DNA of 63,913 nt, taken from the IMG/VR virus record IMGVR_UViG_3300048918_000192, positions 1-63,913 of that record; one strand, given 5' to 3'. Position 1 is the stretch's first letter. Every line of letters starts with the position of its first letter. A program made the translations under genes and the position numbers. The notes under the pieces are model-generated. The model made no database searches. It worked only from the letters and a program-made list of their open reading frames with translations, and was not told the DNA's origin. Of the stretch, positions 61,192 to 63,913 are shown in pieces. Source of the DNA: a virus.

Positions 61192-62721
61192 ATGGTTGCC
61201 GAAAAGCAGGACGCCAACCTAGTTGGCTTCTACAAAATCCGGGAAGCTACGCTCGGTCAGGTGCCTGCGACGGGCAACTGGCAGACCCGCGAACCGAACT
61301 CGTTCGACGATCTTGGCGCCGATTATACCAAGGTCGCTCGCAAGCCTTTCAGTCCTTCGCGGCAGCGTAAGAAAGGCAACACAACCGACCTCGATGCCGA
61401 CGGCGGGTACAACGAGGACCTGACGCAGAACAACATGCAGACCGAGCTGGAAGAGTTCTTCTTCGCTCATCAGCGGATTCAGGCGTATCAGGGCAACATC
61501 GCAGCGGTCGCTGCTTCGGACGACTATACGGTCGCTTCGAGCGCAGGCTTCATGGCGGGCCACGTTGTGCTCGTCAAGGGGTTTGCGGACCCTGCCAACA
61601 ACGGCGTAAAGGTGCTTGACCTGATCACCGATGGTACGCACATCTCGACCGGCGACCCGCTGGTGGACGAAGCTGCCGCGGTTCAGCAGACGGTCGAGGT
61701 TGTGGGCTTCCAGTTCACTGCCGGCGACGTCAGCATCGATCTTGTGGGTGGGCTTGCAGTCCTCACGAGCGCTACTCCGATCGATATGAACGACTTCGGT
61801 GTCATTCCTGGCCAGTGGGTCTTCCTCGGCGGCGATCTTGCTGCGGAGACCTTTGCTAACATCGAACCGTTCTACGCTCGCGTCTTTGACATCTCCGATG
61901 ACGGTGCTGTCATGCGCTTCGACAAGACCACGCAACCTGTGGTCACGGATGCTGGCGCCGCCAAGACGATTCGCATGTACTTCGGTCCAGTGATTCGCAA
62001 CGAGGAAGACCCCGACCTCATCACGCGCTTCAGCGCAACGATCGAGCGGACGCTCGGCCGCGATGATGACGGTGTCCAGTCAGAGTACCTCACTGGCGCC
62101 GTTGCAAGCGAGCTGAAGTGGAACAGCCCGCAAGCGAACCTCGTCAACCTCGACCTGAAGTACATCGCACAGAAGGCGAACACTCGCGTCGGAGCGGATG
62201 GTCCGCTCAGCGCTCGTGCAAGCAACGTCCGGCTGCCGGCACTCGGTGAAGAGGCGTTCAATACGTCCTCCAACCTGTACCGCATCCGTATGGCGATGGT
62301 CGATCCCGCTACCCTTAACCCGAGCCCGTTCTTCGCTCGTGTTACCGAGTGGAACGGAACGTTCAATAACAACGTTTCGTCTGCGAAGGCGCAGGGCGTA
62401 CTCGGCGGGTTCGACACGGTCGTTGGCAACTTCGACGTCGAGATCGAGGTCACCGCGTACTTCACGACCGTGGAAGCTATCCACGCCGTCAAGTGCAACT
62501 GGGACAGCACCTTCGATGCAATCTACGCAAAGGCGAATGCCGGCGTGTACATCGATGTTCCGCTGCTCAGCCTTGGTGGTGGGCGTCTCAAGATCGAGCA
62601 GGATGCCGCAATCATGCTGCCGCTCAAGAACCCCGCTGCTGAGTCTTCGTTCGGCCATACGGCTCTGGTTGGTTGGTTCACCTACCTTCCGGATGTCGCC
62701 ATGCCCGATCAGGATTGCTAA
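61192..62721 (+). CDS. Major tail (tube) protein, large form
   Basis: 509 aa. It lies between the terminator-like gene and the chaperone pair. Confidence 0.55.
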   Translation: MVAEKQDANLVGFYKIREATLGQVPATGNWQTREPNSFDDLGADYTKVARKPFSPSRQRKKGNTTDLDADGGYNEDLTQNNMQTELEEFFFAHQRIQAYQGNIAAVAASDDYTVASSAGFMAGHVVLVKGFADPANNGVKVLDLITDGTHISTGDPLVDEAAAVQQTVEVVGFQFTAGDVSIDLVGGLAVLTSATPIDMNDFGVIPGQWVFLGGDLAAETFANIEPFYARVFDISDDGAVMRFDKTTQPVVTDAGAAKTIRMYFGPVIRNEEDPDLITRFSATIERTLGRDDDGVQSEYLTGAVASELKWNSPQANLVNLDLKYIAQKANTRVGADGPLSARASNVRLPALGEEAFNTSSNLYRIRMAMVDPATLNPSPFFARVTEWNGTFNNNVSSAKAQGVLGGFDTVVGNFDVEIEVTAYFTTVEAIHAVKCNWDSTFDAIYAKANAGVYIDVPLLSLGGGRLKIEQDAAIMLPLKNPAAESSFGHTALVGWFTYLPDVAMPDQDC

Positions 62722-62796
62722 GCGGCGCCCGCTACGCTATGCTCGCGGGGCGGGGGCAAATCAGCCTCCGCCCCGCTTTCGTAACAGGAGATAAGC

Positions 62797-63240
62797 ATGT
62801 CACTTCGTAAGACCTTCAAGACCGACAAGAACGCCGAGCAGGAAGGCGTCTGGATCGAGGTTGCGGTCAATGACCACAACAATAAGCCGATCCGAATCAA
62901 GATCTCCCGCATGAGCTCCACGAACAAGCGGTACACGAAGGAGCTCAATAAGGTCACGAAGCCGCACCAGTCCGCGATCGCCAATGACGCGCTGGACAAC
63001 GACCTGGCTCGCAAGATGCTCCAGGAAGTGTTCGCCGACACGGTCCTGCTGGATTGGGAGAACCTCCCGAAGTCCGAACTCACTGGCAACGACGAGGACG
63101 TCGAGGAGCTGGAATTCAACCGTGAGAACGCGATTGCGCTGTTCACGGAGATGCCTGACCTTTATGACGACTGGGAATCGCGGGCGCAGAAGTCCGCCGC
63201 GTTCCGTGAAGCCGAAAGGGAGATTGCAGCAAAAAACTAG
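62797..63240 (+). CDS. Tail assembly chaperone (gpG analog)
   Basis: 147 aa with an acidic C-terminus. It ends at a slippery A_AAA_AAC just before the stop. Confidence 0.75.
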   Translation: MSLRKTFKTDKNAEQEGVWIEVAVNDHNNKPIRIKISRMSSTNKRYTKELNKVTKPHQSAIANDALDNDLARKMLQEVFADTVLLDWENLPKSELTGNDEDVEELEFNRENAIALFTEMPDLYDDWESRAQKSAAFREAEREIAAKN

Positions 63241-63584
63241 CAGCCGTTCTGATCTTCTCGCATGAGTTTCCGCCCGAAGTCGAAAAACGAATGAGGGCGG
63301 AAGCTCGCAAGTTCAAAGAGCCTCTACCTAAGAGACTTGCGAACAAGCCGGACCTGTTTTTTGGAAATGCTCTGTTCCTTAACGCATGGTTCGATCTAGA
63401 TCAAGAACGGGAGCGGCCGAATCAGATAACAAGGTCGATGTGTTTTCAGTACGCATCCGATTACGAGTTTGATTCAGAGCAGGTAGAAGACCTCTGGTAT
63501 CACATCCAGGCAATGGAAAAAGAGTTCCTGCCTTGGTGGGCCAAAAGACAGAAGGGGCGTAAGAGGGGTGGCGCGGACGTTTAG
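62797..63584 (+). CDS. Tail assembly chaperone -1 frameshift fusion (gpGT analog)
   Basis: The -1 frame is open from 63210 to 63584. Slipping at 63231-63237 joins the G-like ORF to the 63291..63584 ORF frame. Confidence 0.6.
63231..63237 (+). promoter_or_regulatory. Programmed -1 ribosomal frameshift slippery heptamer A_AAA_AAC
   Basis: The zero-frame codons are gcA AAA AAC tag, which is a canonical X_XXY_YYZ heptamer. Confidence 0.65.
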
Positions 63585-63913
63585 CCAGTTTGCCAAGTCG
63601 ATGCGGGAGCGGGCAGCTAAGATGCCTACTCTCGCTTCTGACGTTGCGCGGGCTGGCTCGCAAGCGATACTGAAGGACTGGCTCGACGTTATGCCGGTTG
63701 ACACCTCCACCGCCATTTCCAACACTCGCATCGGGGTCGGCGAACGCCCTGCTGGCGAGCTGCGCCCCTTCTTTCATGGTAGGCACGGATCGACCCGCGG
63801 AGCTAGTGCTCAGGAGGCTTTGTCTCAAGGTCTTGCCGCGCTGCAACAGAAGAAGCCTGGCGAGCCAATTTACGTCTCGAACACGGCAAAGCACATTGGC
63901 GACCTTGATAGGG
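63568..63913 (+). CDS. HK97 gp10-like neck/tail-completion protein (5' part; continues at 1..222)
   Basis: The GTG start lies 10 nt after GAAGGGG, and the start is uncertain. VMPVDTSTAISNTRIG resembles the PvDTGxLrxS motif of the HK97 gp10 family. Confidence 0.5.
   Translation, partial: MARTFSQFAKSMRERAAKMPTLASDVARAGSQAILKDWLDVMPVDTSTAISNTRIGVGERPAGELRPFFHGRHGSTRGASAQEALSQGLAALQQKKPGEPIYVSNTAKHIGDLDR
63787..63913. repeat. Terminal direct repeat, copy B (identical to 1..127)
   Basis: Same 127 nt as the window start. This fits a circular-assembly overlap or terminal redundancy. Confidence 0.95.

Overview
The window is a complete, circularly closed genome of a tailed dsDNA phage. Bases 1-127 are identical to 63787-63913, so the unique length is about 63,786 bp, and one gene reads in frame across the junction. 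The gene content is siphovirus-like.

There are four modules:
(1) Plus strand, 52.5-63.9 kb wrapping to 13.9 kb: packaging, head, neck and tail genes. These are terS, terL, portal, scaffold, major capsid, connectors, a large tail tube protein, a chaperone pair with a visible -1 frameshift, the tape measure, a lambda gpM/L/J- or RcGTA g12/g13/g15-like tip, and fibers.
(2) Minus strand, 14.1-37.3 kb: replication, recombination and nucleotide metabolism. These are a family-B DNA polymerase, a DnaN-like clamp, prim-pol/helicase, SF2 helicase, Cas4-like nuclease, DUF669 SSB, Sak4-like ATPase, ligase, RNase H, a ThyX-like protein and MazG. The module also carries a complete 7-deazaguanine DNA-modification pathway: DpdA, PRTase-FolE, QueD, Gat-QueC and QueE.
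(3) About 1.65 kb (37.33-38.99 kb) with no credible ORF between the divergent operons. It holds a stem-loop array, tandem repeats, a consensus promoter and a recurring 10-mer.
(4) Plus strand, 39-52.5 kb: small genes that are mostly of unknown function, plus a DenV homolog, an Hjc-like resolvase, a UvrD-like helicase and the lysis cassette.

I recognised no integrase, repressor, tRNA or CRISPR array. All functional calls come from motifs read by eye. No database search was run.
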